Shown here in pieces: positions 39,243 to 53,429 of a DNA stretch of 64,000 bases; positions within the stretch are counted from its first letter, which is position 1; each line of letters starts with the position of its first letter. Position numbers and translations under genes: made by a program. Under the pieces are notes generated by a model. That model saw only the letters and a list, made by a program, of their open reading frames with translations. It was not told where the DNA came from and made no database searches. Location: positions 57,784,001 to 57,848,000 of the forward strand of contig NC_135822.1 in assembly GCF_964213995.1 (NCBI RefSeq), given 5' to 3'. This DNA comes from Mustelus asterias. Lineage: Eukaryota.

Positions 39243-40919
39243 AAAGATTCTAAGTTTATCTGCAATTCTGTTTCCATAAAAATAGTTTGACACGAACACT
39301 TTGAAAAGAGCTACAATCATTTGTTATAATATTTTCTTTGGCTCCAACATCTGCTCAATCTGCTGTGCCAAGTGCCATACTTTGCACAGCTAAAGTGATC
39401 TGTTCTTTCAATTAGGGTGAAATGTTATTTTGCTAAATCACTAGAAGCATATATATCTTTAAAATGTTGAAATATGCTGACATTTAGCTTTGTCACAATT
39501 TGAGCTATTTGCTTTGAATAAAATATTCATCACTGGAAATAAAACCATTTGACAAATTAAATCAAATCTTGTATAACTGTTACCCATAGCCATGCAATCA
39601 TTCTCCATCGTCAGAGTGATTTTCCCAAGTTATACATCGTTACAGAAGCAGTCAGAGTTGTGTTTCACCCATCCTTTATGAGGTACTTGAAGGAAATGAG
39701 CTGAGAAGGGCCTCATCCCTCTCCTCCCCTCATAGCCAGATGGAGCTTAACATTTGAGTTTTGGAGAACCTTTAATTGTGAATGCCCCTCAATGGATGAA
39801 CTCCAAACTTCCTTGTAATTCACCTCTAATGCTTATGGTGTTTCCTAAATACACCACGAATAACAGTTATTTCCCCTTTGATAGTTTAAAAGTGTCACTA
39901 TAATCCGCAAGCTAGTAGAGGTGTTTGAAAATAGTATAGGCTCAAGAGACTGCAGATACATTGAGATGAAGGTTCCATTCTCAAACAGCTTTATGCAGCA
40001 TCACTTTTTGTTCATTCTTTAATGGGATCCAAGTGTCGCAGGCAAGGCCAGCATTTCTTGCCCATTGCACTAAGAGGTTTGCATGAGTAGTTCAGGGGAC
40101 AGTTAAGAGTCAAACACATTGCCCTGGATCTGGAGTCACAAATAGGCCAGAGCTAATAAGGACAGCAAGCTTCCTCCTGTAAAGGACTGTGCCATGTCCA
40201 TGTGCTTATGCATCTCATTACGGTATATTACTGCCGATATAATGAGTATGATCAACTTTCATTCATACTACTTAATGGACCGCTGAACAAAATCATAACC
40301 AAACAAAACGATACATTATATTTAAAGCGGTCAATTGCTCACAGATGTCGATAACAGCAAGCATCTGAGGTCTGATTTGAAATACTGAGGGAGTTACGCT
40401 GAATGAATAAAAATTGGATTTTATTTAATGGACAGGCAGGATTGGATTAGCAGGAGAATGCCTCCACAGTGAAAGTAAACCACATACCTCCAACTGGGCA
40501 GATTAACAACGCAAGACATTAGGAAATAAGGATTCAAACCAATTCCGAGAAGTGGAAAGAGATAATTGATTAAATGAAAAGGCTGACTAACAATAACTAA
40601 AGAGATTGGTATAATAAGGAAATCTCATAGCAGATGTGTTTATAAAACACATATGTCAAGTACAATAAAATGTCAAATGTTTTATTGACTTGACCATGTG
40701 TAGTTAATTGTAAGCACCATGCATAACCAATCCAAAATTCAATAAACAAACTGCAATACCCAACAGATACAGAGTCACTCCCACCCTCAAGTAGTGATAC
40801 TTTTAGTAAAATTGCACATAGCTCATATAGATTCAAAGATGATGCATGGAGTATGAACCATGCTTAATACATGACATGTACTCTTTTTGCTGAATGTCTT
40901 TCATGATCTGTGTGTTAAT

Positions 40920-41825
40920 TTAAAGTTTATTTACTTATTAGTCACAAGTAAGGCTTACATTAACATTGCAATGAAGTTTTTGTGAAATGCCCCTAGTCGC
41001 CACACTCCGGTGCCTGTTTGGGTCAATGCACCTAACCAGCATGTCTTTCAGACTGTAGGAGGAAACCGGAGCACTCGGAGGAAACCCACGCAGACACGGG
41101 GAGAACGTGCAAACTCCACACACACAGTGACCCATGCCGGGAATTGAACCTGGGTCCCTGACGCTGTGAGGCAGCAGTGCGAAACACTGTGCTACCGTAA
41201 GATAGAAGCAGGAAAGTTGTTTCCACTGGCAGGTGAAACTAGAACTAGGGGACATGGCCTCAAAATAAGGGGGAGCAAATTTAGGACTGAGTTGAGGAGG
41301 ACCTGGGTTCGATTCCCAGCTTGGATCACTGTCTGTGTGGAGTTTGCACATTCTCCCCGTGTCTGCGTGGGCTTCCTCCGGGTGCTCCGGTTTCCTCCCA
41401 CAGTGTGGGTTAGGTTGATTGGCCATGCTAAAATTGCCCCTTAGTGTCCTGAGATGTGTAGGTTAGAGGGATTAGTGGGTAAATATGTAGGGATATGGGG
41501 GTAGGGCCTGGGTGGGATTGTGGTCGGTGCAGACACGATGGGCCAAATGGCCTCTTTCATAGGCTTTCTATGATTCTTCACCCAAAGGGTTGTGAATCTG
41601 TGGAATTCCCTGCCCAGTGAAGCAGCTGAGGCTACCTTGTTGAATGTTTTTAAGGCAAGGATAGATAAATTTTTGAACAGTAAAGGAATTAAGGGTTATG
41701 GTGAGCGGCAGGCAGCTAAGTGGAGCTGAGTCCACGAAAAGATCAGCCATGATCTTATTGAATGGCGGTGCAGGCTCGAGGGGCCAGATGGCCTACTCCT
41801 ACTCCTAGTTCTAATGTTCTTATGG
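40920..41825. mobile_element. Nest: V-SINE tail B (-, 40920-41197), CR1 3' fragment (+, 41200-41301 and 41574-41825) split by an HE1 SINE (+, 41301-41575)
   Basis: CR1 reads ...FRTELRR|[SINE]|FFTQRVVNLWNSLP. Confidence 0.88.
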
Positions 41826-43125
41826 TCTTAATCTGCCTACTTTCTTTTAGGGATGCACAATGCCCCATTCTTTTTCACACCCCTTCTACGGTGATCTGCA
41901 GATAATGTCTGACAAACTGGTCAAAGCGGCAAAACATGCACAAGAGATAGAAAATGGCTGGCATACTATTGAAGCATGCGGATGCAGGGACATCAGTGCA
42001 TATACCTAGATTTATTGGAACAGTCAGTTGATAGCTTTCAGTTATACTTGTACGGTCGTGTCAAATCCCACTCCAGTGCTCAATCACATTGTCTGGATTG
42101 CCACTTCAGTGCAGCATTAAGGGAGTGCCATCCTTCAGATGAGCTGTTAAACTAAGACCCATCTGTCTGATTAGGAATACCTAAAAGATTCTATGACAGA
42201 ATAAGGGCAGGTAGATAAAGTCACTTAGAAAATACAAAGCCTTGGAATATTGCCATCTATCTCTTCTTCTAAATGTCCACTTTTACATTGACAACTAAAA
42301 AGATCTTCCTGTTTTTAATAATGATTTGGGCTGCAAGCTTCCCACTTGGAAGACATTAAAAGACATTCATTATACATTTTGTGGTCATTACTACAATGAT
42401 TAATATAGTGATTCAGAACCGGTGAGTTAATCAGGAAACTAATTTAACAAAATATGCCTTCAGATTCTACTAAGGAAGGGGCTTAGTCTGAGCAAACTAA
42501 ATCCAACAAAGGCTCAGTGGTTCAAAGCTTAATAACACTGTGAACTTCCTCATCACTGTCTCCAACGCAGCTGTCCATAAAAGGATTTCTGAAAAATCTT
42601 GAGTCAGATTCCTCCAGCAGGTAGGCAGGCAGACAAAGGCTACAATTTGGAATGCTGGTGCCACCAAATAACATTCAGACGGGCAGTAAGAGCAGACTGC
42701 TGTCCAGCGCCTCCACATTCTCAGGGCTGCGGACAAAGTTTGCAACCAGCACTTCAAAGATACATAACTGTAAAGTGATGGTTCGCTCTAAACAGACAAT
42801 AGGCAGCAGCTGGCTAACCACCAATAATCCTCTACTTATTTTTATTCAGTCAAAATTAACCACAACCCATACCACCCAGCGTTTGCGGATATTACAAGGA
42901 GGTAACCACAATTAACCCTCCACCTCATATCTTATTTTCTGCAGTAATGGTTCCTAAGAAAAGTGATGTTGACTGAAAAAAAACAAAACTTAAGTGTTTG
43001 GTTACGATCATATAAAATAAACAAATCATAAACATTTCAAAAACACTTTTCCAAGTTTCCATTTCAAAATGGGCAAGAATTATTTAGACAACTGATTTTC
43101 CAACATTCTTTTCGTTTAAAGATTT

Positions 43126-44001
43126 GGGCCGAGATTCTCGAGCGGGCCAGGAGACACCAAAAAGGGGCCTTTAGTGAGGCTCGCAACCTGCCTTAGGGCA
43201 ATCAACTCTGCGCCAGAAATCGGAATTTCAATATGATTAGTCGGCCCGGACAGTATTTTCCGGGCCCGATGGCATCTCTCCCCCCCGCTGCTGGGAGTGC
43301 TTCTCTCCAGCAGGGTTTACAACTGCTCCACACTAACGGGGAACAGGCACCCTGGCCCCACTGGTGAGGACAGAGGCCAATGAGCACCCCCCCCATTCCT
43401 GAAGTCAGAGGCAAGGCGGGGTGCTCCTTAGGCACTGCCAGTCTGGCAATACCAGCCTGGCACTGCCCAGAGGGCACCTTAGCACTGCCCACTGGACACC
43501 AGGCAGTGCCAAGGGCGAAGGGCCAGAGGGGGCAGGCAGACTGGGGTGTAGGGCCTATGGGGGAGGGAGGGGCGGGGTGACCCGGTACTACTCTGCTCTT
43601 GGAGCATTGGGAGAGGGGGAGAGGGGGGCGATCGGGGCTGGCCATTGTGCTGGGGGCTTCTGGGAGGCTGGCAATCAACAGGGGGAAGGGGGGGGTTCCA
43701 TGTGAGGGCAATGATCAGAGGCCAGCGATTGGGAGGCCGGCAATCGGAGGCCACTGCCCATGCGCTGATCTCTGCACTGACAGATTGGCGCCTGCACAAT
43801 GGTCCACTCAGCACTATGCTGCTGGCCTCTTGGGTGGGAATATACCCTGCAATTACTTACCAGAGTGAATCATGCTGAGGTATTCTGCAATGCTCAGAGT
43901 GTCAAAGATTCGTTCTGGTAAGTACGGCCAAAAAATGGACGGGAAATATTCCCGTTTTCCCGCACATTGGGCACTTAGGTTTTTTTAGGAGAATCCTGGC
44001 C
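43126..44001. mobile_element. GC-rich TIR element, copy D (both ends present)
   Basis: TIRs ggccgagattctc / gagaatcctggcc; GGCANTGCC array 43431-43510; G-rich gatcg tract. Confidence 0.8.
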
Positions 44002-44011
44002 GTCATTTTTT

Positions 44012-44287
44012 GCACTGCTGCCTCATAGCGCCAGGGACCCGGGTTCAATTCCCGGGTCACTGTCTGTGTGGAGTTTGCACGTTCTCCTCGTGTCTGCGTG
44101 GGTTTCCTCCGGGTGCTCCGGTTTCCTCCCACAGTCTGAAAGACGTGCGGGTTAGGTACACTGACCATGCTAAATTCTCCCTCAGCGTACCTGAGCAGGC
44201 GATGGAGTGTGACGACTAGGGGATTTTCGCAGTAACTTCGTTGCAGTGTTAATGTAAGCCGATTTGTGACACTAATAAATAAACTTT
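44012..44287 (+). mobile_element. V-SINE, tail B
   Basis: As 26341-26632. Confidence 0.9.
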
Positions 44288-44689
44288 TATGTCCAAGAAT
44301 GAAGAAAGGAGCATCTTCCTCAGCAGCAATTCCACCTCAAACCATACATCCTTTCAGTAGCCCCTTTAGTAAAATGAATAACAGGAACAGGAGGAGGCCA
44401 TATATACTCTTCTGCTCGTTCCACTATTCAATGAGATTGTCTGAACTGTGACCAAACTTCGTGTACCTGCCTTTGTCCCATATCTTCTAATGTTCAGAAT
44501 TAACAAAGTATATCAATTTCAGATTTAAAATTAACAGTTAGTTTTGCACTTAGATGTTTTTTTGAAGAAGTGAATTCCAAAATTCTACTACCCCTTGTTT
44601 GTATATCTGTAGCATTAACCTTGACCTCTTTGTTTTCTAGTCCTCCAGATATAAAGACCAGCATTCCATTAGCCTATCCGCGCTCCTTC

Positions 44690-44970
44690 AATTCTGAGCA
44701 CTTGAGCATTCCCAATTTAATCTCAACATTGTTAGATGTGTCTTTAGCTGCCAAGGCCCTAAGCTGTGAAATTCCCAGTATAAACCTCTCTCTTACTCTA
44801 CCTCCCTAAGGTGCTTGTTAATATATTTATTTGATCAGGCTTTGGTCATATGCCCAAATATGTCCTTAAGTGGCTCAGTGTAAAATTTTGCTTTGTAATA
44901 ATCCTGCAAAACATCTCGGGATGTTTTATTTTGTTAAAGGCGCTACATAAATGCAGGTCATTGTTGTTGT
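44690..44970 (+). mobile_element. L2-like LINE 3' end
   Basis: gctgccaaggccctaagctgtgaaattccc...ttgttaaaggcgctacataaatgcag...ttgttgttg; related remnant at ~38520-38700. Confidence 0.65.
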
Positions 44971-45533
44971 TTTAAATACCGACACTAAGTAATTATTCAA
45001 GATGTCTACCATTTTCTAATTTCCATTTATATCATCATTAATAGTTTTCAAAGGATCCACATTGCTTCCAATCACCTCTTTCCCATGATAATTAGGGGGG
45101 GGGAATGTCAGTCTTGACATCCCTTGCAAGTTTCTTCCCATACTCTCCTTTTGTAGCTGTTATTTTCACCTTTTGCTGTTCTTTGTCACTCTCCCAGTTA
45201 CCAAGATCTGCACGCGGTTTTGCATTTTTGTATGCTTTGTCTTTTAGTTTTAGATTGTCCTTTAGCCTTTTAGCTGTCCATGGCTGTTATTTTTGTCAAG
45301 TAGAGTGAGTGTTCCTTAAGGGTATAAACTGGCTCGATATCACGTTGAATTCTTTCATGAACAACTGCCAAAGATCTGTCATTTTACCATCAACAGATCT
45401 CCCCAATTTGCGGTTGGTCTCTGTCACATCCCAATGAAGCCAGCCTTACCTTAATCTGGAATCTTGGTAGATATTTTCACATCTCTCCCTTTCTCCCCTT
45501 TTGATTGTTTTAGAACTATTACCTTTTCGTTCA

Positions 45534-45725
45534 CTAGTTTACCGTCTTTGTGACCACCCTAGTTAGCCTTTCCACTAAGACCCCAGTCCCAGGCTGGTTC
45601 AGGTGAAGCATGTCCCAGTGGTACAGTTCCTTCCTGCCCCAGTATAGGTGCACATGGCCCTGGAGATGCAACTCCTCCTTCCTACAGCACTCCTTCAGCC
45701 ACAGGTTCAACTCCTTAATATCCAT
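45534..45725 (-). mobile_element. CR1 ORF1 remnant (SGNH esterase-like C-terminus) within an old CR1 spanning ~44980-46100
   Basis: IKELNLWLKECCRKE...YWGRKELYHWDMLHLNQPGTGVLVER resembles the CR1 ORF1 signature LN.WL..WC...DGLHLN..G..VL. Confidence 0.75.
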
Positions 45726-46473
45726 ATTCCTCTACAAATTTTCACATGCCTGGTTCATCCTTTAAGGCCCTGTTCTTTAAATTAGCAGCTAGCTTCATAC
45801 TGGACCTCTTCCTTACTTTTTCCTGTGGTGTTGGCCCCAACATGGACCACAACTACTGGATCCCTCTCTCTCCAATATCCTTCTAACCAGGATTGAGTTG
45901 TTGCTCACACTGGTGCTAGGTATGTCACCTGTGCCCAACATACACACAGGTACATTGTGCCGGTTGGATAGGGTCATTTTCTGCAGATCCTCATTCTCTA
46001 ATTAACCCAGATGTCCCTTACTCTGCTTGCCTTTATAAGGTGTGACTGAGTTCTACAGCAAACTGTCCAGATACTCCTGCTCCTCTACTGTGTGTCTCCA
46101 ACTCGCACTTCAGCTCAATGACTCTGAGCTGGAAGGATGCTTGTATTTCAAAGTGACTGCTTCAGGCTACTTTATTCACCAAGTTACTGAAATGCAAAAG
46201 ATTTTATCTGAATTAAACTGAGAAGCATAGAATATGACATTGAGCTCCTTCTTCTTTAACATGTCTGTTCTCTATCATTAACTGTGACTTCCTAATATCT
46301 GTGAAATTGCAATTCCTTACAGCTCATGGTTGGTATTACATTTTATATTTTTGTATTTTTTCATCAAATATACAACTTCTTTCAAGTGACACAGCCGACA
46401 GTTCTATCTGCTTCAATAGTCTACCTGTGCCACACTGTAACTAAGCAGTTGGCTAGCGATTCTGGTCAAGGTT

Positions 46474-46540
46474 TCAGATAAAGCTCGGCACAACATCGTG
46501 GGCCGAAGGGCCTGTTCTGTGCTGTACTGTTCTATGTTCT
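46474..46540 (+). mobile_element. 67-bp tail-only CR1 insertion with 6-bp TSD
   Basis: Matches the 3' UTR of 31386-32337; TSD aaggtt at 46468-46473 and 46541-46546. Confidence 0.88.
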
Positions 46541-46809
46541 AAGGTTAGGAACTAACTGGCATTAAAAAAATCAGGTACAAACCCAAGTTAACCACATGTA
46601 AGCACGTGGGTGGCACAATACTTTAGGAGCACTCCCCAATTCATGATTCTGTAGCAGTGAGAAAGAAAGGCTCAATCTCTCATGCCATGTGATAACATAT
46701 ACCATGCTGAGGGACTGGGAAATCAACTCCCAGAATGAATTCCCAATCTGAGCTAGAATATCACAAGCCACAGTAAGTGGATATTAGGAAAGCCCTAGAT
46801 ATCCTGCCA

Positions 46810-47301
46810 CTCTGGCCTTGAAAAGGTTCCAGAGGAGGTTCACAAGAATGATCCCTGGAATGAAGAGCTTGTTGTATGAGCAACAGTTGAGGACTCTGGG
46901 TCTGGAGTTTAGAATGATGGGGGGGGATCTTATTGAAACTTACAGGATACTGCGAGGCTTAAATAGAGTGGACGTGGAGAGGATGTTTCTACTAGTAGGA
47001 AAAACTAGAACCAGAGGGCACAACCTCAGAGTAAAGGGACGATCCTTTAAAACAGAGAAGAGGAGGAATTTCTTCAGCCAGAGAGTGGTGAATCTGTGGA
47101 ACTCTTCACCGCAGAAGGCTGTGGGGGCCGGGTCATTGAGTGTCTTTACGACAGAGATAGATAGGTTCTTGATTAATAAGGGGATCGGGGTTATGGGGAA
47201 AAAGCAGGCGAATGGGGATGAGAAAAATATCAGCCATGATTGAATGGCGGAGCAGACTCGATGGGCTGAGTGGCCTAATTCTGTTCCTATATCTTATGGT
47301 C
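46810..47301 (+). mobile_element. CR1 3' fragment, same subfamily as 1456-1980
   Basis: QRRFTRMIPGM..GDLIETYRILRG..RTRGHNLRVKGRSFKTE. Confidence 0.9.
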
Positions 47302-48035
47302 ACTCCTGGACCAGTCTTCTACTGGGCAGGAGGTGGAGGAAATCCAATTGACCTGCACCTCTGCCAAGTCCCCACTCGCTCAAAAGGTCCACTGTCTCAA
47401 CTCTCACTGGAAGAATGGTAATGTGGGCATAGTATCAAAGGGAAGCTGGAACCCAGGGAACCATGACCAAAGTGGACTCACTGTCTTCAGGTAGCAGAGA
47501 GAAAAGATTGCCAGGGAGCAGGCAAATGAAAAAGGTTGTGGTAATTAAGGTATAGTTTCCAGCAGACTATTGAAAGACCAAGTGCATAAGTCTGCGAGCA
47601 GGTTATCCAACTCCATCGCGATTACCAGGATTAGCATGTGATATGGGGATTCCCACAAGATGAGGGGAAATATAATCTTTCAAAATGTATTCGTTAGATT
47701 GGAGCAATAAGCAATTTTAATTCTGTGACAGTCAAAAACACCTCAAGTGCATTTCAATAGAATACATGAAACTAGGTTCACTGCCACAACTAATTCCTGA
47801 GGGCACTGTGAAGAACATATTTATGTTCGACAGGGAACAGCCAAGTAGTAAATCAGGGGTCCATATCCATTGAACCCGAGGTGACTTACTAAGCCACCTG
47901 GTTTTTATAGCATTCTTCCTGCATAAAACAAAATCATGCAATTTGCACTCAATAAAAATTCTGATGCGAGGGTAAAGCAAGACTTTAATTCCTCCTTCCT
48001 CAGTTTCAGAAATCTGTATGAATTTCAGACACTTT

Positions 48036-48230
48036 TGATTTGATTTGTTGTTGTCACATGTATTTGTGTACAGTGAAAAGTATTGTTTCTTGCGCGCTAT
48101 ACAAAGTTCATAGAGAAGGAAGGGAGAGAGTGCAGAATGTAGCGTCACAGTCATAGCTAGAGTGTAGAGAAAGATCAACTTAGTGCAAGGTAGGTCCATT
48201 CAAAAGTCTGGTAGCAGCAGGGAAGAAGTT
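48036..48230 (-). mobile_element. Rex1/Babar 3' tail fragment (longer copy at ~49710-50055)
   Basis: Same 3' UTR and tail as 14517; the 49710 copy keeps SLLPSGKRYKSLRSRTNRLKNSFFPAAIRLLN-like C-terminal coding. Confidence 0.85.
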
Positions 48231-48892
48231 GCTATCTGCTATTATAACAGAATTTTGAAGTATGCTGTTTTTCAAATAAATTTTAATGATCTTTTCTAAT
48301 GTTTATACACAGCTGCGCCGATGCATACCTCACTTGCATTGCTCATTCTCAGGTGTGAGTGGCGGTGGCAATGCCAATATTCATCATCCATCCCTCGCTC
48401 CCCTGAGTTTTGACACAATTGAGTGGTTGGCAGGGCCACTTCAGAAGGCATTTAAGAGTCGACACATTGGTGTGGACTCAGGTCATTAAGGCTAAGACCA
48501 GACAAAGAGGGCAGGCGTCCTCCCTAAATGGACTGAGTGATCCTGTTGGGTTTGTATGATCATCTAACAGCTTCATGGTCATTTTTACTGGTACCATCTT
48601 TCAATTTCCAGCTTTTTCTTACAAAAAAACTGAATTCAAATTCTCCACTGGTTATGTGGGTTTTAACTCAAATTCTCTGGATTATAATTGCCAAGTCTCT
48701 GGATTACTAGCGCAACGACAACCACAGCACTATAACACCCTTACCGCACAACATTCAGTATGTTAGCAGGACCACAGATTTATGGTGCTGATGGCGTCCT
48801 TCTCAAGGATGATTAAGGATGGGCAATAAATGCCAGCCGAGCCAGCATCACCCACACCCCATGAATTAATTTTTTTTAAAAATCAGTTCAAC

Positions 48893-49175
48893 TATTTATT
48901 TGTGTCACAAGTAGGCTTACATTAACGCTGCAATGAAGTTACTGTGAAAATCCTCTAGTCGCCACACTCCAGGGCCTGTTCGGGCACACTGAGGGGGAAT
49001 TTAGCACCTAATCAGCGCGTCTTTCAGACTCTGGAAAGAAACCGGAGCACCCGGAGGAAACCCACGCAGACACGAGGGAGAATGTGCAGACTCCACACAG
49101 ACAGTGACCCAAGCCGAGAATCGAACCGGGGTCCCTGGCGCTGTGAGGCAGCAGTGCTAACCACTGTGCCACCGT
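48893..49175 (-). mobile_element. V-SINE, tail B
   Basis: Junction variant ttaggtgctaaattc shared with 32-330 and 12905. Confidence 0.9.
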
Positions 49176-50624
49176 GAGAAAGGTCAGGCGACACGGTTAT
49201 AAATTATAACATTGTTACAGATCTATTTTATGTCCGAAATTCACGTCTTACTTTTTTAAAATCCAGAATAAACGGGAAGAATGGTCGAAGTGAACGGATT
49301 CTTTTTTAATTAATTTATGGGATGCGGCCCAGCCAGCATTTATTGCCCATCCTTAATCACCCTGGAGAAGGGCACCATAAGCACCATGAATCAATAACTA
49401 TATAGAGGGAGGTATGTAGTAGTAGCGAGATGTTGGGTTGATTTGGCTTAGAGGTATTGGCAGGATGGTCCTGGGTCTCACGACAATAAAATTGTCTGAT
49501 GAGGATAGGAGTACTTAGTTGTTCGGCAACTGTGCGGGAGTGGTGGGAGCGCAAAGCGTTGAGCATGACAAAGATGAAGTGGGGGAGTGGTGGTGAGCAT
49601 GAAAACATTGAGGTGGAAGGGTATGGCAACAATGAGGTGGTTTTAAGGTCTGGCACTGGGGGGGGGGGGAGGGAGATACAGACTAGTGGCAAGAATTTTT
49701 GTTTTGATATGATTTGATTTACTATTGTCACATGTATTAGTATACAGTGAAAAGTATTGTTTCTTGGGCGCTATACAGACAAAGCATACCGTTCATAGAG
49801 AAGGAAAGGAGAGAGTGCAGAATGTAGTGTTACAGTCATAGCTAGGATGTAGAGAAAGATCAACTTAATGCAAGATAGGCCCATTCAAAAGTCTGATGGC
49901 AGCAGGGAAGAAGCTGTTCTTGAGCCGGTTGGTACGTGACCTCAGACTTTTGTATCTTTTTCCCGATGGAAGAAGGTAGAAGAGAGAATGTCCGGGGTCC
50001 AAGGGGTCCTTGATTATGCTGGATGCCTTGCCGAGGCAGTGGGAAGTGTAGACAGGTATAGGACAGGGTTTGGGAAGGGTGCTGTGACATACAAACATTG
50101 GAGGGGGGATCCCTAGGGGATGATAGAAGCGTTCTCGTGTCCCTAGACTTTCGAGTGGGTGTAGATTGAATGGTAAGTGGGGTAGGGGATGTGTGGTCAG
50201 TGAATCTGAGAGCATTAGCTTTTGGAGTCTGGATCGCACTAAATACAAGTAATGTTTGAGATTATTGGGAAAGCTTTACAGGGCTCTGGCAGTAATTTTG
50301 AAAGGGAAAAAATGCCGACAATGATAATCTTGTTACATTAAAAGTCTCAAACTTAAATGGTTCAATGAGAAAAAACCATATAGCATTGAGCCATATAAAA
50401 GGAAAGAAAGTACTTGCATTTATAGAGCACCCCATGGTGTTGTAAAGTATTAAAGTAATTAAGTACTTTGAAGAACTGTCGTTCCTGTTATGAGAGCAAA
50501 CTTGGCAGCCAGAAACGTTTTAATTGCCGGTCTTGGTGCAGTTGGCTGAGGGATAAATATCGACCAGAAAACCAAGTTAATATCCCCTGCTCTTCAATGT
50601 AGCTGTTTGTATTCAGTAACAAGA

Positions 50625-52345
50625 TGTATGCTTTGCTGGCTACGCCAGTATTCATTGCCCATCTTTTATTGCCCTTGAGAAGGTGGTGGTGAGTCACCTT
50701 CCTAAACCACAGTAGTTCATCTGGTGTAGTACACCTACTGTGCTGTTAAGGAGAGCTCCAGAATTTTGACCTAGCGACAGTGAAGGAAGGGCGATATATT
50801 TCCAAGTCAGGATGGTGAGTGGCTTGGCGAGGCAGGTGGTGGTGTTCCCGTGTCTGCTACTGTGCATCAGTGGTGGAGGGAGTGAAAGTTTCAGGATGGG
50901 GTTCCAATCAAGAGGGATGCTTTGTCATGGATAGTGTCAAGCATCTTGAGTGTTGTGACTGCACTCAGTCAAGCAAGGGAAGAGCATTTCATCACATTCC
51001 AGACTTGTGCCTTGTAGGTGGTGGACTGGCTTTGGAGACTCAAGGGGTGAGTTACTCGCTGCAGGATTCGCAGACTCTGACCTGCTCTTGTAGCCACATA
51101 ATTTATGTGGCTGGTCCAATACAATTTCTGGCCAATCCTTGCTGGTAGTGAGGAAGCCAGCAATGGCAATGCCAAATGTCAGGGGGAGATGGTTAGATTC
51201 TTGCTTGTTGATGATAGTTATTGCCTGGAACTTGTGTGGCATGAACATTACTTGCCATTTGTCAGCCCAAATCTGGATATTGTCCAAGTCTTGCTGTATA
51301 TGGGCACAGATTGCACTAGTATCAGGAGTCACAAATGGTGCTGAACATTTTTTTCAATCATCAGCATACATCTCCACTTCTGGCCTTATTGTGGAAGGAA
51401 AGTCCAGCTGAAAGATGGTTAGGCCTTGGACACAACCCTGAGGAACTCCTAAGTGATGTCATGGGGCTGAGATGACTGACCTCCAACCACCAGAACCATC
51501 TTCCTTTGTTCCAGGTATGACTCCAAACAGAGGTGTCTTTTCTCTGTGTCCCACTGACTCCAGGTTTGCTCGGGCTCTTTGGTGCCATTCTTGGTCAAAT
51601 ACTGCCTTGATGTTTAGAGCAGTCATTCTCACCTCACCTCTGGCATTCAGCTCTCTTATCCATGTTTGAACCAAGACTGTAATGAAGTCAGGAGCAGAGT
51701 GGCTCTCGTGGAACCCAAACTGAAAGTCACTGAGCAGTTATTGCTAAGCAAGTGCCGCTTGATCGCACTGTTGGCAACCCTTTCCATCACTTTGCTGAGG
51801 ATTGAGAGTAGACCGATGGAGCAATAATAGTCTGGGTTGGATTTGTCCTGCTTTTTGTGTACAGGATATATCTGAGCAATTTTTCACAATGATGGGTAGA
51901 TGTCAATGTAATAGCTATAGTAGAACAACTTGGCTAAGGGTGTGGCAACTTCTGGAGCACAAGTCTTCAGTACTGTTGCTGGTATATTGTCAGGGGTCAG
52001 GCTCGATAGCCTTTGCAGCACAGTGCTTTCACTCATTTCTTGACATCCCATGGCTGAACACTGACATCAGTGATGCTGGTGCCCTCCGAAGAGGCAGAGA
52101 TGGATCATCCACTTGGCTTAATGCTTCAGTAAGACTGCAGCCTTATCCTTTACACTGATGTGCTGGGCTCCTCCATCATTGATGATGGGGATATTTGTGC
52201 AGCTTCCTCTTTCAGTGAGTTGTTTAATTGTCCACCACTATTCATGACTGCATGTGGGAGGACTACAGAGCCTACATGTGATCCATTGGTTGCACGACTG
52301 CTTACCTCTGTCTATCACTTGCTGCTTATGCTGTCTGGCATGCCA
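50625..52345 (-). mobile_element. Degenerate invertebrate-type CR1-group LINE (RT to 3' tail)
   Basis: LKTCAPEVATPLAKLF, LVQTWIRELNARGEVRMTAL.IKAVFD, QQDLDNIQIWADKWQV.FMPHK; tail gatgggcaatgaatactggc. Confidence 0.85.
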
Positions 52346-52389
52346 TGGTTCATACAATTTGTTAAATACTCCTTCAAAATCAGTCTAAC

Positions 52390-52700
52390 ATCACAGAGAA
52401 TCCCTACAGTGCAATAGAAGGCCATTCGCCCATCACGTCTGCACCAACCACAATTCGACCCAGGCCCTATTCCCGTAACCCCACATATTTACCCTACTAA
52501 TCCCCCTGACACTAAGATCAATTTATCATGGCCAATCAACCCAACCTGCACATCTTTGGACTGTGGGAGGAAACCGGAGCACCCGGAGGAAACCCACGCA
52601 GACACGAGAAGAATGTGCAAACTCCACACACAGACAGTGACCTGAGGGCGGAACTGAACCCGGGTCCCTAGCGCTGTGAGGCAGCAGTGCTAACCACTGT
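52390..52700 (-). mobile_element. HE1 SINE (tail A)
   Basis: Head, V-domain, tail. Confidence 0.9.
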
Positions 52701-53429
52701 GTACAATGATGGTATTGTCATCCATAGACAATACATCATCATAAGACAATACATCATTCCCTCAGTGCAGACTCGATCTTGCACTCTCGTACCTGGAGTG
52801 GTATTTGAACCCACAACCTTTTCAGTTGGAGACAAAAGTGCAACCACTGTGCCCCCTAAGGAAGTTGCCTGGTTCAGTGAGCTGATCTCGATTAGGACAG
52901 CATGTGGCAAGTTCCAGTTGGTCTTGGCATTTCTGCAGTAGGTAAAGTGGAAAATCATTCCAGTGTGCATTCTGAATCACTATCACCTGCGTTAATGGAA
53001 CATTAATGCTGGTTTGTATTGTATTAGGGCCAGGTTGGGTTTAGGGATATATTTATACAATAACCTGACAAATTTCACCTGTCTTGACAAGCGCAAGTGA
53101 CTTTGGTGAGGTAGCAGAGGGTTGTTGGCATCTATAGAATCTTAAGATATCTTGAGCTGTTAGCACCTTTAGATGTTGAAAGGTGTACAAAAAGGGATTA
53201 CATTTCCAAACTAATTTAAAAATTGAGATGGATGCTCAACTTTGCATTTCACAACACACCATGTTTGTGCAGACTGTTTGACTGTATTCCTGTCCATTCA
53301 TGCCACCAGGGTCATTATAGCAATAACACACCTTTGTCATTCTCCCCGTGCCAAAAAATAAACCTCACAGCCAAATGTTCAAGAAAACTGACTGCAGCTG
53401 CTGTCTATTAACTACAAAACTATTTCACT

